Shown: positions 55,244 through 64,000 of the stretch, in pieces | Layout of the letters: every line of letters starts with the position of its first letter | Position numbering within the stretch: position 1 is the stretch's first letter | DNA from: Synechococcus sp. | Lineage (GTDB): Bacteria > Cyanobacteriota > Cyanobacteriia > PCC-6307 > Cyanobiaceae | DNA length: 64,000 nt | Assembly (NCBI GenBank): GCA_047285535.1 | Contig: JBJBDC010000001.1 | Location: 384,136 to 448,135, forward strand | Reading direction: 5' to 3' | Made by a program: the position numbers and the translations under genes | The notes under the pieces: generated by a model | Databases searched by the model: none | Seen by the model: only the letters and a program-made list of their open reading frames with translations | What the model was told of the DNA's origin: nothing

Positions 55244-55529
55244 AGATTGATCGTTTCTATTACACCAAAATTTATTCTTTTTTGTGGGCTCTAAAGTATT
55301 ACTTTTGGCATAAACGCCTTTGAGCAGCTATAAACCAAATAGTTCAGAGACTCAATATGTGGATCTTTGCCTTAATGGGCTTACTTGGACTACTGGCTGT
55401 AGGAGTAGCGCTAGTAAATGATCAAATCAGCGATCAAACAGGAGGAGGTAGGATTGAACGGTACGAATATGGACAATCAAAAGATTAATTTAGCTTTACT
55501 GATCGATTTCAATACGCATTAAGCCCTAT

Positions 55530-55602
55530 GGCTGAAAGCTATACATAACCCGGAAGGGAAAAGCAGGGGGTGTTATGTGTCGCTATCTATCTCCCGACAA
55601 AC
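55530..55602 (+). repeat. Repeat C copy 3
   Basis: GGCTGAAAGCTATACATAACCCGGAAGGGAAAAGCAGGGGGTGTTATGTGTCG...CGACAAAC. Confidence 0.75.
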
Positions 55603-55798
55603 ATTATTTACTAAATGCTCAGCAATAAATGACTTATGATGGAGACACTATTTGGTATTGATGCATTCCAGTTATGTCGAGCGTTCATTCTTATTCCTCC
55701 TGCGTTTTTTGTTGCATTGTTCTCAACCACGTATTTGGAGGAGATTAAGCAAGGGATGACATTGGCTTCAAAAATTTAGTCTCAATATTTTCTGATTA

Positions 55799-56503
55799 TT
55801 ATTGTTCAGGTGGATCTAGCTCTTCCTGAAAAGGGCTCTTTCGCAGCACTTCCTTGAGCTGCAGTAGTTCACGCCATTCATCGAGCGGTTTTTCCCAGTC
55901 CTCCTCCCAACGTGCAGCGATAATGTCATCCCCCACTTCTTTGGCTACTTCCAGTCCAAACATAATTCCATCCCAGACGTCAGGCTTGGCACTTTTATTT
56001 TCTAGGGCGTGAAAAATCCATGCAATCAGGAAAGCTGCTGAGCCAAATTCGTTCATCGTGACGCTGTAATAAGTAGCACCCGCAGCTTCCCCGGCAGGAG
56101 TGATTGGGGTCCCGAGAATCAGATGTAAGAGGTCATGAGTGCCTAAACGTCTGGCCTGTATGTACTCACCATCAGAAAGTTGAGACCCCGGCGGGGATGG
56201 CTGCATAAGAGGAAGGCCTAATCGATCATTGCGTCTTTGAAAGCAACTACCTAAGCTTCCATATGGCATTGATCGAAACGTTTTAGAATCAGGCCATGGG
56301 TGAAAGTAGCGTTCTCGCGCTAACTCCCGTAATTTGGTTGACTCTAGTTGACGTGCACGAGCAATTTCCCCTAAAGGACTGTGATTGATCGTCTCAATCA
56401 TCGGTAGTCCATGAATGAGTGCATGATCAGGATCTCTTGCTGTCTGCAAGACACCAATCGCTGTTCTCAGTGCATCATGACGAAGGGTACGCAGGTCTTG
56501 CAT
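55799..56503 (-). CDS. Coq4-like protein (copy 2)
   Basis: MPYGSLG, HDLLH...GE, ARWEEDWEKPLDEWRELL. Confidence 0.8.
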   Translation of the reverse strand: MQDLRTLRHDALRTAIGVLQTARDPDHALIHGLPMIETINHSPLGEIARARQLESTKLRELARERYFHPWPDSKTFRSMPYGSLGSCFQRRNDRLGLPLMQPSPPGSQLSDGEYIQARRLGTHDLLHLILGTPITPAGEAAGATYYSVTMNEFGSAAFLIAWIFHALENKSAKPDVWDGIMFGLEVAKEVGDDIIAARWEEDWEKPLDEWRELLQLKEVLRKSPFQEELDPPEQ

Positions 56504-56938
56504 GGTTTTTGGAGAACTTGGGGTAAGTCTTTAACGCTTTTGATCTAGAACATAATCACGCAATCGCAGAACGATTTATTAAAACCTCCTGAGAATCTCC
56601 TTAATTTAGTTTCTAATCAGTCATTACACTGCGAAGGTTTCTTTAGGGGGCGAGAAACCCACAATCAATCACCTCCAATGAATCGATCAGCTCATCAAGG
56701 AGAAGCTGAAATGGTTGCCTAGGCTCCACCAGTAACTAAAGCCGCTATTGCAGGCTGGTTAGGAGGAGCAACCATGATATTTGCGGGTCTCCTTCACCTT
56801 AATGCAGGTAAAAATCTGATCTAAAAGAATTTGCTGATCTAGCGCAAGGGATGAAGCAAGCTATAGGAATAGGATATTTAGCCGTACGGTTAAATACGTG
56901 TGAGATTTTCTAATATATGTCGACATATGAAGCCGACA

Positions 56939-57018
56939 GGGTGAAAGTAATACAAAATAGAAAACCCGCAAGGTAAAAGCAGGGGGCGTAGGTGTCGCTA
57001 TCGATCTCCGGACAAAAC
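56939..57018 (+). repeat. Repeat C copy 4
   Basis: CCGCAAGGTAAAAGCAGGGGGCGTAGGTGTCGCTATCGATCTCCGGACAAAAC. Confidence 0.7.
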
Positions 57019-57184
57019 ACATGCCCCGCATAGAACTGGGTTTTTAAGGCGTTGCTGTGCTTGCCTGTCCCAAACAGGGGAGGCAGGCGCTTGTAAGACC
57101 ACTCAAACAGGTTATGCAGGATCAGCCAATCTGGTCAATTCTATATAAATCGGAGTGAATGCCTCCACTGCTCACATCAAGTAA

Positions 57185-57556
57185 ATGAATTTTTCTGCTT
57201 CTAATGCTATTGCTGCCGTTGCCATCGGCGCTTCATTTATTACTAGTAATTCTACTTATGCAAATGAAAAGCTTGCTAAATGCATTATAAAAAGTGGGTC
57301 AAACTTAGGCATTCTTCAATATTCAGGAAATTGTTTGTTTGCTCTAGGTGAGAATGGAAGTTTCTCTATCAGAAGAAGTGACGGGCATATAATACCTTCA
57401 ATCAGTCAGGTCAATGTTTATGTATTGTCTCCGGGAATTGCGGAAGTTCGCGGATTGACAACAAATGGAATTAACAGCAGGTGGGGTTCCGCAAAGAGGA
57501 GTCAAAAAGATCCAGCATGCTGGACAGGGTCTGACTTTGAGGTTTGCGCATATTAA
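57185..57556 (+). CDS. Secreted hypothetical protein
   Basis: Signal peptide; GINSRWG.A.RS..DPACW.G. Confidence 0.7.
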   Translation: MNFSASNAIAAVAIGASFITSNSTYANEKLAKCIIKSGSNLGILQYSGNCLFALGENGSFSIRRSDGHIIPSISQVNVYVLSPGIAEVRGLTTNGINSRWGSAKRSQKDPACWTGSDFEVCAY

Positions 57557-57668
57557 ATTCTTGAAGCTGATGAATTTGTCTGCCAAAACAACTCACACCT
57601 AACAAATCCTGCCAAGAGCGGAGTTTTTTATTACAGCTGGGAATGCTTTAAGCAGTTACCTCTGATCA

Positions 57669-57935
57669 ATGCACCTTGAAACCAAAATTACGTTGGCTCT
57701 GCTTCAGGAGCTACTGATGGCACTAAGGGCTAATGACGCTGAGGGCTTCAAGTCTTGGCTTGCCTTTGGCATTGAAGAGCTTTGAAGGGATGTGGCTGGT
57801 TAGGTCGAGTCAAATTGGATGGTGCCCTTGTTGGTTGAAGTGGAGCGAGACAGGCTGATGGCTTGGCAGCTAGGGGTCAGTCTCTAGTCCGCTTGGGGAA
57901 TAAGACCGCAGTGATCACTAACCGTTTGTGAGATG
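57669..57935 (+). repeat. Repeat B, most complete copy (decayed 72-aa mini-gene plus GCAGTGATCAC tail)
   Basis: MHLETK...LRANDAEGFKSWL...E*RDVAG*VES...DRLMAWQLGVSL; homologs near 41700, 42660, 49280, 54522, 60500. Confidence 0.8.
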
Positions 57936-58363
57936 CGTGGATGATTTGTTTGTTCAGAGGCTTAGATAATGAATCATTCCGCTGTCTTGGTCCTACTCCT
58001 TCTTGCTGGATGCTCCCTGAAAGCAGCTGCTTCCTCCTGCGCCATCGCTTCATTCCATAGCAGCTTCAGCAAATCGCGCTGCAAGAGGGCCAGGCTTCCA
58101 CCCAACGTCACCACGCCGGCGCCCAAATCTTCCTCAGTGATCAGCTGGCAGCAGCGAGCCAGATCCAAGTGATCCTCGAAGGCGGTCTGCATCCAGTCGT
58201 CCATCAGTCCTCAATCCCGTTCCCTAAGTCTGCTGGGAGTGTTCCCCCTAGGTATCGAGAGCGTTTCACCCAAGCAGGGGGTCCGCTGAGCCGCCCCAGG
58301 GGTGATGTAGGAGATATGGCACCAACAACCCTCCAGCTGTTGAGTGCTGAGGACGATGGCTCT

Positions 58364-58930
58364 TCAGGAGAGACGATTCATGCGTTCCTGAAACTCTTGG
58401 CGCCAGACCGCCCAGGTCTTTGAACCGGGTGTTTGCTTGGCCATAACTGCTGTTTGCTGGCGGATCAGCTCTTCTGATTGGTTTAGATCGAGACCTGTCG
58501 TGGCATGGGGAGGGACATACCAATCCGTTTTCACAAACAGTTCGATCGTGTTGCCTTCGGGGTCTGGGACGTACAGCGACCAACTACCGCCATGGTTCAT
58601 CGAGTGCATACCAGCTATGTCGAGTTCATGCAGCGTTTGAAAGGCGTCGATGAGGCCGCGGAGTGTCTCTATTTCAAATGAGATCTGGTTGAGAGTCGAT
58701 TCACTCCCTTGCGCCCGACCTGGAGCCAAGACGATTTGATGATGTTCTTGCAAGGAACGGGAGAGAAATACCATTTCCTTATCGCCCTCCCCCAGTCGAT
58801 CCGTTACGTAAAAGCCAAGAACATCGCAATAAAAGCGCTCCATCTCTGGCAGGCTTTTCACGTACAACCCGAGATGAGAAAAGATCGGCTGGAGAGGCAA
58901 GGCTGGATTCACGTCTAGAACTTGCATCAA
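58364..58930 (-). CDS. VOC/glyoxalase-family protein
   Basis: FSHLGLYV, FY.DVLGF, EHHQI, SLYVPDPEGNTIE. Confidence 0.88.
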   Translation of the reverse strand: MMQVLDVNPALPLQPIFSHLGLYVKSLPEMERFYCDVLGFYVTDRLGEGDKEMVFLSRSLQEHHQIVLAPGRAQGSESTLNQISFEIETLRGLIDAFQTLHELDIAGMHSMNHGGSWSLYVPDPEGNTIELFVKTDWYVPPHATTGLDLNQSEELIRQQTAVMAKQTPGSKTWAVWRQEFQERMNRLS

Positions 58931-59348
58931 CGTGCGTTCAACTTACCCAGACCCCATGGCGCAGAAGCTCACTGAGGGCTGACCTACAGCGCCTAAACCG
59001 CAGGGGTGAAGATGAGATACGGCTTCTGCAGTCACTGACTCAACTCGGCATCTTGCCCGTCCATTCAGTTCACCCATGGGCCTGCTGACCTTGGCGAACA
59101 AGGAAGCTAGCAGTTCTGGAAAAACTAAATCACTGTTGATGTCAGCCCCGAAGGCGTCATAGCGATGGGGATTGATCAAAGGGTCAGTGAGGTTTGTTGG
59201 ATGTTCTCTTGAATTGGCCTGAGCGGGCAAAAATGTACTGAAAGAACAAGAGATCCGGGCGAAGACACTTTGTTTGCCAGGTTCACACAAATGGCTGCAA
59301 AGCTTGATTCGGATGCAAGTTCATGGTGAGGGAGAAAAAACAGCTTGA

Positions 59349-59500
59349 CCCGCCTCGCCAGGAGCGGTGTTTTATTACTTACTGAACAATAGCAACGCTG
59401 AAACTGCCCACTTCACCAAGCTTTCTGTAGCCCTGTAAGCAAGATCACAGCCACTGTTGAACCAGGTCATCGAGGGATCTGTCGGATCTTGAGATGCTGT
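59349..59500 (+). promoter_or_regulatory. Repeat A module (terminator-like hairpin + conserved spacer + CRP-like box 59434-59449)
   Basis: AGCAACGCTGAAACTGCCCACTTCACC...TGTAA-GCAAGA-TCACA. Confidence 0.7.
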
Positions 59501-59521
59501 GAATAAGCCAAATTCAAACCC

Positions 59522-59911
59522 ATGGCATTCTTGAAATCACCTCTGAGCAAAACTCTTTCAGTGTTGGCTGTTAGTAGCATTGCTCTATTACCACTTGCTG
59601 ATGCTGTCAAAGCAGCAACTCACGGCAAGCTCGATGGCTACTGTGTTGTGCAACCACTAGTTGGTGTGGATCAAACCAAATGCTGCGCAACAACATTTAA
59701 ATCGCGTTGGAGAAGTGCAAAAAGACAAGACCTTGCAATGATCCGAGCAGAAAAATCCTGGAGTGCAAAAGCACGTATCAGGCATGGCAGGGACGCAAGG
59801 CTTTGGAGTCTTGCTGAAAATAAGAAATTTGAGAAAAAGAATGGATTAGGAAAATGGAAGAAAGTTCGAGCAGTTGGCACTGCTTGTACTTTCAGAATCG
59901 GTGATCCTTGA
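59522..59911 (+). CDS. Cationic secreted protein with Cys
   Basis: Signal peptide ending AVKA; very Lys/Arg-rich. Confidence 0.7.
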   Translation: MAFLKSPLSKTLSVLAVSSIALLPLADAVKAATHGKLDGYCVVQPLVGVDQTKCCATTFKSRWRSAKRQDLAMIRAEKSWSAKARIRHGRDARLWSLAENKKFEKKNGLGKWKKVRAVGTACTFRIGDP

Positions 59912-59968
59912 TGGGGAACTCTTAGTGAGTATCAAAATCTCATGTCGGACAAAATACTATTCATCCTC

Positions 59969-60122
59969 ACCCCGCCACGAGCGGGGTTTTTTTGATTGCC
60001 TACTGAATTGCCAGCAACGCTGAAACGGCCCACTTCACCAGGCTTTCTGGAACCCTGTGAGCAAGATCACATCCCTGTTTGATGCAAGCCATCACCTCTC
60101 CGATTCATTCGAGAGATGGTGT
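59969..60122 (+). promoter_or_regulatory. Repeat A module (terminator 59969-59993 + perfect CRP-like box 60056-60071)
   Basis: ACCCCGC-CACGA-GCGGGGT-TTTT; TGTGA-GCAAGA-TCACA. Confidence 0.75.
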
Positions 60123-60163
60123 GTGCATCGGAGGAACACACCTCCACAACCTCATTCAAAACA

Positions 60164-60361
60164 ATGACCAACAACGAACTCACACTCGATCAACTGCAAT
60201 CTGTTAGCGGTGCGGGCACAGAAACCCACTGGAACCAAAAACTTCGTAATGCAAAAGGTTCTTACAACCTTAAAGAACTTGCGAACTCGGGTGAACTTGT
60301 TCAGAAGATGAAATATATCCCTGGTGAAATGTATCTCCTCATTCCTGGAGATATGTACTGA
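60164..60361 (+). CDS. CCRG-2-like / double-glycine-type leader peptide precursor
   Basis: MTNNELTLDQLQSVSGA leader; C-terminal IPG(E/D)MY tandem. Confidence 0.75.
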   Translation: MTNNELTLDQLQSVSGAGTETHWNQKLRNAKGSYNLKELANSGELVQKMKYIPGEMYLLIPGDMY

Positions 60362-60384
60362 TGAGTGGTTTCTAGGACTAATGA

Positions 60385-60408
60385 GCCCCGCCACGAGCGG
60401 GGTTTTTT
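60385..60408 (+). terminator. Intrinsic terminator (same family as the repeat A hairpin)
   Basis: CCCCGC-CACGA-GCGGGG-TTTTTT. Confidence 0.8.
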
Positions 60409-60775
60409 GTTGCAGCGGGGAATACTTCAACCAGTTGCCTCCTAGTACTGACTCTCGACACTCAGATAACGCTGGCTTGGCTTCTGGAAGTGCTGATGGC
60501 ATTGAGAGCAAACGATGCTGATGCATCCAGGAGTTGGCTTGCACTGGGAATTGAAGAGCTTGGTAGGGAAGTGGATGCTGAGTTCGAGTCTGAGTGGATG
60601 GTGCCTTGATTGGTTGAGACAGGCTGATGGCTTGGCAGCGAGGGGTGATCCTCTCGCTCTTATGGGGAATCAGACAGCAGTGATCACGAACCGTTTGGGG
60701 GATACGGAGTCATTCCGATTCAGAGATGGTGAATGCACGGGGGCAAAGAGACCTCAACAATCAACCACCAAGCCA

Positions 60776-60985
60776 ATGAAGACTTCCACCACAACTGATA
60801 ACAGCAAATCCTTCGCTGTTCATGCTGTTACTGCAATCGCTATTGCCATGGCACCACTGGCCATCGCATCCAACATCGCGGCAATGAATGCAACACCTGC
60901 TGCTAACGCAGCAACCTGCTACTCAACCTGTTATGGCGAGCAATTCAAAACAAGTCGCTATGAATTCACATCATCCACGATCTGA
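60776..60985 (+). CDS. Small secreted peptide
   Basis: Ala-rich signal ending ANA, CYSTCYG; follows repeat B tail. Confidence 0.5.
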   Translation: MKTSTTTDNSKSFAVHAVTAIAIAMAPLAIASNIAAMNATPAANAATCYSTCYGEQFKTSRYEFTSSTI

Positions 60986-61013
60986 TTGCGGGTTGCAATT
61001 TTCAAATCAAAAA

Positions 61014-61484
61014 ATGATCCATCTAACGAAACAATTCACAGCACTTGCTACAGCTTCAATGTTGATTTCTGCCATGCCTTCTATTGCTGATGATGAATAT
61101 GAATTCTTCACTACGCCATCTAAAAATATTTGGTGTGTTAGAAGGCATGATCTTTCGTCCAATAACCCCCTATCTGTCGAATGCGATGTTGCCAAGCATG
61201 CTTGGAAGAATTGGATACAAGGAGATCAGGATGGTTCTCATGGGAATAGGTTTGTTATCCCAGGCAATGGCCCTGCAGAAGCAATCAACAGTTCGGATAC
61301 ATTGGTTGGTAGTTCCGGTCCTGTTTTACAGTATGGGAGCAAAGTTACCTTTGGACTTCGTCCTGAAGACGGAACTATTACCTGCATCTCCGAAAAGATA
61401 GGGCTTACATGCACAAACAAAAGCGGTGGCTTAATGCATTTAAATCGTGAGTTCTATATCCTCAACAAGCCAGTACCTAGATAG
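61014..61484 (+). CDS. Secreted DUF6636-like protein
   Basis: F.TPS.NI.C, CD, LQYG, TC.SE..GLTC.N. Confidence 0.7.
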   Translation: MIHLTKQFTALATASMLISAMPSIADDEYEFFTTPSKNIWCVRRHDLSSNNPLSVECDVAKHAWKNWIQGDQDGSHGNRFVIPGNGPAEAINSSDTLVGSSGPVLQYGSKVTFGLRPEDGTITCISEKIGLTCTNKSGGLMHLNREFYILNKPVPR

Positions 61485-62145
61485 ATATTTTATCTTCTTT
61501 AGAAATAATTAGCAGCCATAGCCTGGGAAAGCAGCCAAAAAAGTAGGCAAGAAACGATGCCCGCCACCTGCTGGTTTTTTTATTGCCTATATGCCGTTGT
61601 GAGCAACAGCACAGTCCTATGGGAGAGCTACTCAGGCAAAGCACTGGAATACCTCTAGGTCACTGACGAGATAGAGGAAGCGATAACAAACTATGAGCGA
61701 GATTTTCGATAACTACAGGCTTCATAGTTGCGAATCGCGCAACAGCAGAACATCGCAACACGAAAAGAACCAAGCTCATAGCATGCATCTAGCGATCTTG
61801 AGTGAGTACTTTGACCTAACTTTTGACGCCTGGCGAAATTTAATGAAGTTGTGTGCTTTTATATTTCAGCCGTCCAACCATTGCTCAATGATTTTCTTTG
61901 CGGGAACTTTAGTAGCCACAACTACCGTGGCATTTGTAATTGTCATGCGCACCATTTTAAAAGAGCTTGATATAAAGCCTTCGCTACCAACTCTTCCTTC
62001 AATAAGCCTTTCTTTTAGGAAGCGTTCAGTTCAGTCAGCCAATATCTGAACGGCCCAGCCCAACGGCATCAGCTCAATCTAATGTCGACTATCAGAGGCA
62101 GGTTTGCTGAATGTAGCTATTGATCTCCTGACTGAACATGCATTG

Positions 62146-62211
62146 ACCTCGCCACGAGCGAGGTTTTTTATTGCTTACTGAAGAACAGCAACGCTGAAAC
62201 TGCCCACTTCA
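62146..62211 (+). repeat. Repeat A, truncated copy (hairpin + spacer, no CRP-like box)
   Basis: ACCTCGC-CACGA-GCGAGGT-TTTT...AGCAACGCTGAAACTGCCCACTTCA. Confidence 0.75.
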
Positions 62212-62590
62212 ATAGACAAAAGAAAACCCCGCCAAAGGCAGGGTCTCTCGGCTTCTCGTTGGGCGTGTTACCTAGTTTCCACTCCGTGAAGAAGCCCTCC
62301 TCACATATGAATAATGCCTCAGAAACCCGGCAAAGCAAGTCCCTTCGTATCAGTTGATTGACTGTTCTGTGCAATTTCCTCAACATGTGCACGGCCAACT
62401 CCTCAAAAGGTTTGGCTCCTCACACCCATGAAGAGGGCTTAGCCGCCTTCTTTTTTATGCCTGGTTACTCAGCAGAAGCAGGCAGCAACCCAATGACTTC
62501 GAGCCAAAGGGCGAGCCAGAGCAATGGATGGCTTTACAAAGAGTTACAAATTCACCTAAGCTCTGTCGCAAAAGTTCATTGGCGCTTCTC

Positions 62591-62722
62591 ATGACCGATT
62601 ACTCCGCTGCAATCTTTGGCCTGATCGCCTTCACCGGAGTTGTTTCCGCTGCCGTCGTCTACATCCTTGCCCAGCCTTCCGACCTGCCAGTCGTAAAAAA
62701 AGCAAAAGCAGCTCAAAGCTGA
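62591..62722 (+). CDS. 43-aa single-TM peptide
   Basis: MTDYSAAIFGLIAFTGVVSAAVVYILAQPSDL... Confidence 0.55.
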   Translation: MTDYSAAIFGLIAFTGVVSAAVVYILAQPSDLPVVKKAKAAQS

Positions 62723-62756
62723 GTCTCCGTCAGAAAAGTTCATGCCGTTTCAGGCC

Positions 62757-62852
62757 ATGACTACACAAGACCTCCTCGTGCTGCTCGTGAGCTTCGGGAT
62801 TGTCTATTTCGTTCAGAGCGTCTGCAAGCCGAACCAACAGCCAAAGCAATAA
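62757..62852 (+). CDS. 31-aa single-TM peptide
   Basis: MTTQDLLVLLVSFGIVYFVQSVCKPNQQPKQ. Confidence 0.4.
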   Translation: MTTQDLLVLLVSFGIVYFVQSVCKPNQQPKQ

Positions 62853-62988
62853 GCTTTACAAGCCGTAACTTTATTGTTACGGTAAGCAAAGCGTTCCTTG
62901 GACGGGATCTGCCATACAAATCCTCTGGGAAGAGGACCTAATTCAAGTCAAGGTCTCTGTGAAAAGAGATCTTTTTTTATGCCTTGGC

Positions 62989-63218
62989 TCACCCCATCTC
63001 GGGTGCCCATCCGGCGGTGCTTTCCATGTAGATGCCCAGAGCTTGCAAGTCTTTGTCATGTGTTGGCCCTGTTCCAATTGCTTCTGCCTGAGATTGCACG
63101 CCACCAATGTTCGGCCGTGCTGGTCGTCTCCATGCCGAAAGTGCTGGCAAGCGACACAAACACTCGAGCAACGGCAGTTCTGTGGCTACCGGTGATCCAC
63201 GTAGCTCCATTCCTCCAT
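62989..63218 (-). pseudogene. Small CxxC Zn-binding-like gene with internal stop and frameshift
   Basis: MEEWSYVDHR*...VCVACQHF...ACNLRQ...CKLW, with tail GWAPEMG in another frame. Confidence 0.5.
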
Positions 63219-63270
63219 GACCACTCTTAAGTGCAGATGTACTGGCTCGGTAGTGTGTTGCTCGTTAGCT

Positions 63271-63380
63271 AGCAACACTGAAACTGGCTATTTCAAAAGG
63301 CTTTCTGAAACCCAGTGAGCAAGATCACAGATCAGGTTGAGTGCAATCAACAACCAGAAATACAAAGCAGGCGATGGTGA
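63271..63380 (+). promoter_or_regulatory. Repeat A module (CRP-like box 63314-63329)
   Basis: AGCAACACTGAAACTGG...CTTTCTG...AGTGA-GCAAGA-TCACA. Confidence 0.7.
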
Positions 63381-63392
63381 ATTCAACCAATT

Positions 63393-63989
63393 ATGAGTTC
63401 AACTATGAACAAATCACTGTCCCGGTTACTGCTTGGAACGTCTTTACTTCTTGGGGCTCCTTTTATGCTCCCAGAGTCGACCCTGGAACCGGCACAGGCA
63501 AGAGCTGCGTGCGATGTCAGCTGTCGTTACCACTGTAGAAAAGTCTTCTTTAAGGAGGCGTGTAGAAAAAAATGTAAGCAAGAACAAAAGGTGTCATGTA
63601 AGAGAACAAAGCCGACTATCACTGTGACCAATATATGTAGGTATAAAGTCGGCGTCAAAGTAAGGTACAGAAGGAAAAATGGCGATATTTACCACATGCC
63701 GAAGCGTGTATTGAGGCCGTACGAGATATTCGGAAAAGATTCTTTTGGGAGTTGGAGTCATTCCGAAGTTCTGGACCCGGTAGGAGCGAAATTTAATACA
63801 GTCTCTTGGAAGATTCCTGCTGCTGGCCTCAGTCCAGAATACAAAATTTCATTACGAAGTAATGGAAAGTACTATGGCTTGGATAATCAAGGTAAGTGGC
63901 GGAGGTTAATGAAAAAAGATCGCGAATTTCTTACGATCAATCCCTACACTGTCCGTGGAAGACGGAACATCAAAATTAATTGTAGTTGA
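63393..63989 (+). CDS. Cationic Cys-rich secreted protein
   Basis: Signal peptide ending AQA, then CxxxCxxxC...CxxxC helical-hairpin-like segment; Lys/Arg-rich. Confidence 0.72.
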   Translation: MSSTMNKSLSRLLLGTSLLLGAPFMLPESTLEPAQARAACDVSCRYHCRKVFFKEACRKKCKQEQKVSCKRTKPTITVTNICRYKVGVKVRYRRKNGDIYHMPKRVLRPYEIFGKDSFGSWSHSEVLDPVGAKFNTVSWKIPAAGLSPEYKISLRSNGKYYGLDNQGKWRRLMKKDREFLTINPYTVRGRRNIKINCS

Positions 63990-64000
63990 GCTGCCAGTGT

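Noticed and set aside
56875..56950. Group II intron domain V-like AGCCGTA...GTGAAAG
   Set aside because: Cannot form the domain V helix, and no RT/maturase is nearby.
60515..60775. N-terminal extension of ORF 60515-60985
   Set aside because: It is out-of-frame read-through of repeat B; the plausible start is ATG 60776.
62863..62882. CCGTAAC-N6-GTTACGG palindrome as an NtcA box
   Set aside because: GTA-TAC spacing is 10, not 8; single occurrence.
59349..63330. Repeat A/B/C as a CRISPR array or integron attC sites
   Set aside because: Spacing is irregular and gene-sized, there are no cas or intI genes, and no RYYYAAC/GTTRRRY attC ends were recognised.

Overview
Marine picocyanobacterial chromosome segment, most likely Synechococcus (inferred from gene content: psbY, ycf54, crtH, pdxJ, stpA, metA/metY). 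It has three zones. (1) 1-5.7 kb: a small accessory patch with a heavily decayed psbA (D1) pseudogene back-to-back with a truncated rubrerythrin. (2) 5.7-40.1 kb: mostly core genes (Met synthesis, SbcCD-like pair, glucosylglycerol genes, arsS, Fur family, pdxJ-plsC-bolA-grxD, crtH, trmFO, psbY, tRNA-Lys, a PAS/kinase/receiver trio, tRNA-Pro). (3) 40.1-64 kb: a genomic island starting right after tRNA-Pro, with no intact integrase visible. The island is a mosaic of small orphan and secreted genes separated by three dispersed repeat families. Repeat A is a terminator + CRP-like box (TGTGA-N6-TCACA) promoter module with fixed spacing, placed in front of unrelated cationic Cys-rich secreted proteins and a CCRG-2-like leader peptide. 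Repeat B is a six-copy decayed mini-gene with a conserved tail. Repeat C is a four-copy candidate structured RNA with GNRA-conserving variation. The island also holds a Tat-signal-bearing alanyl-tRNA-synthetase-like domain, a J-domain + HNH nuclease operon (J gene broken by one stop), a phage terminase remnant, two Coq4-like paralogs and a (CAA)19 microsatellite. All family assignments are from motif recognition by eye; no database search was run.
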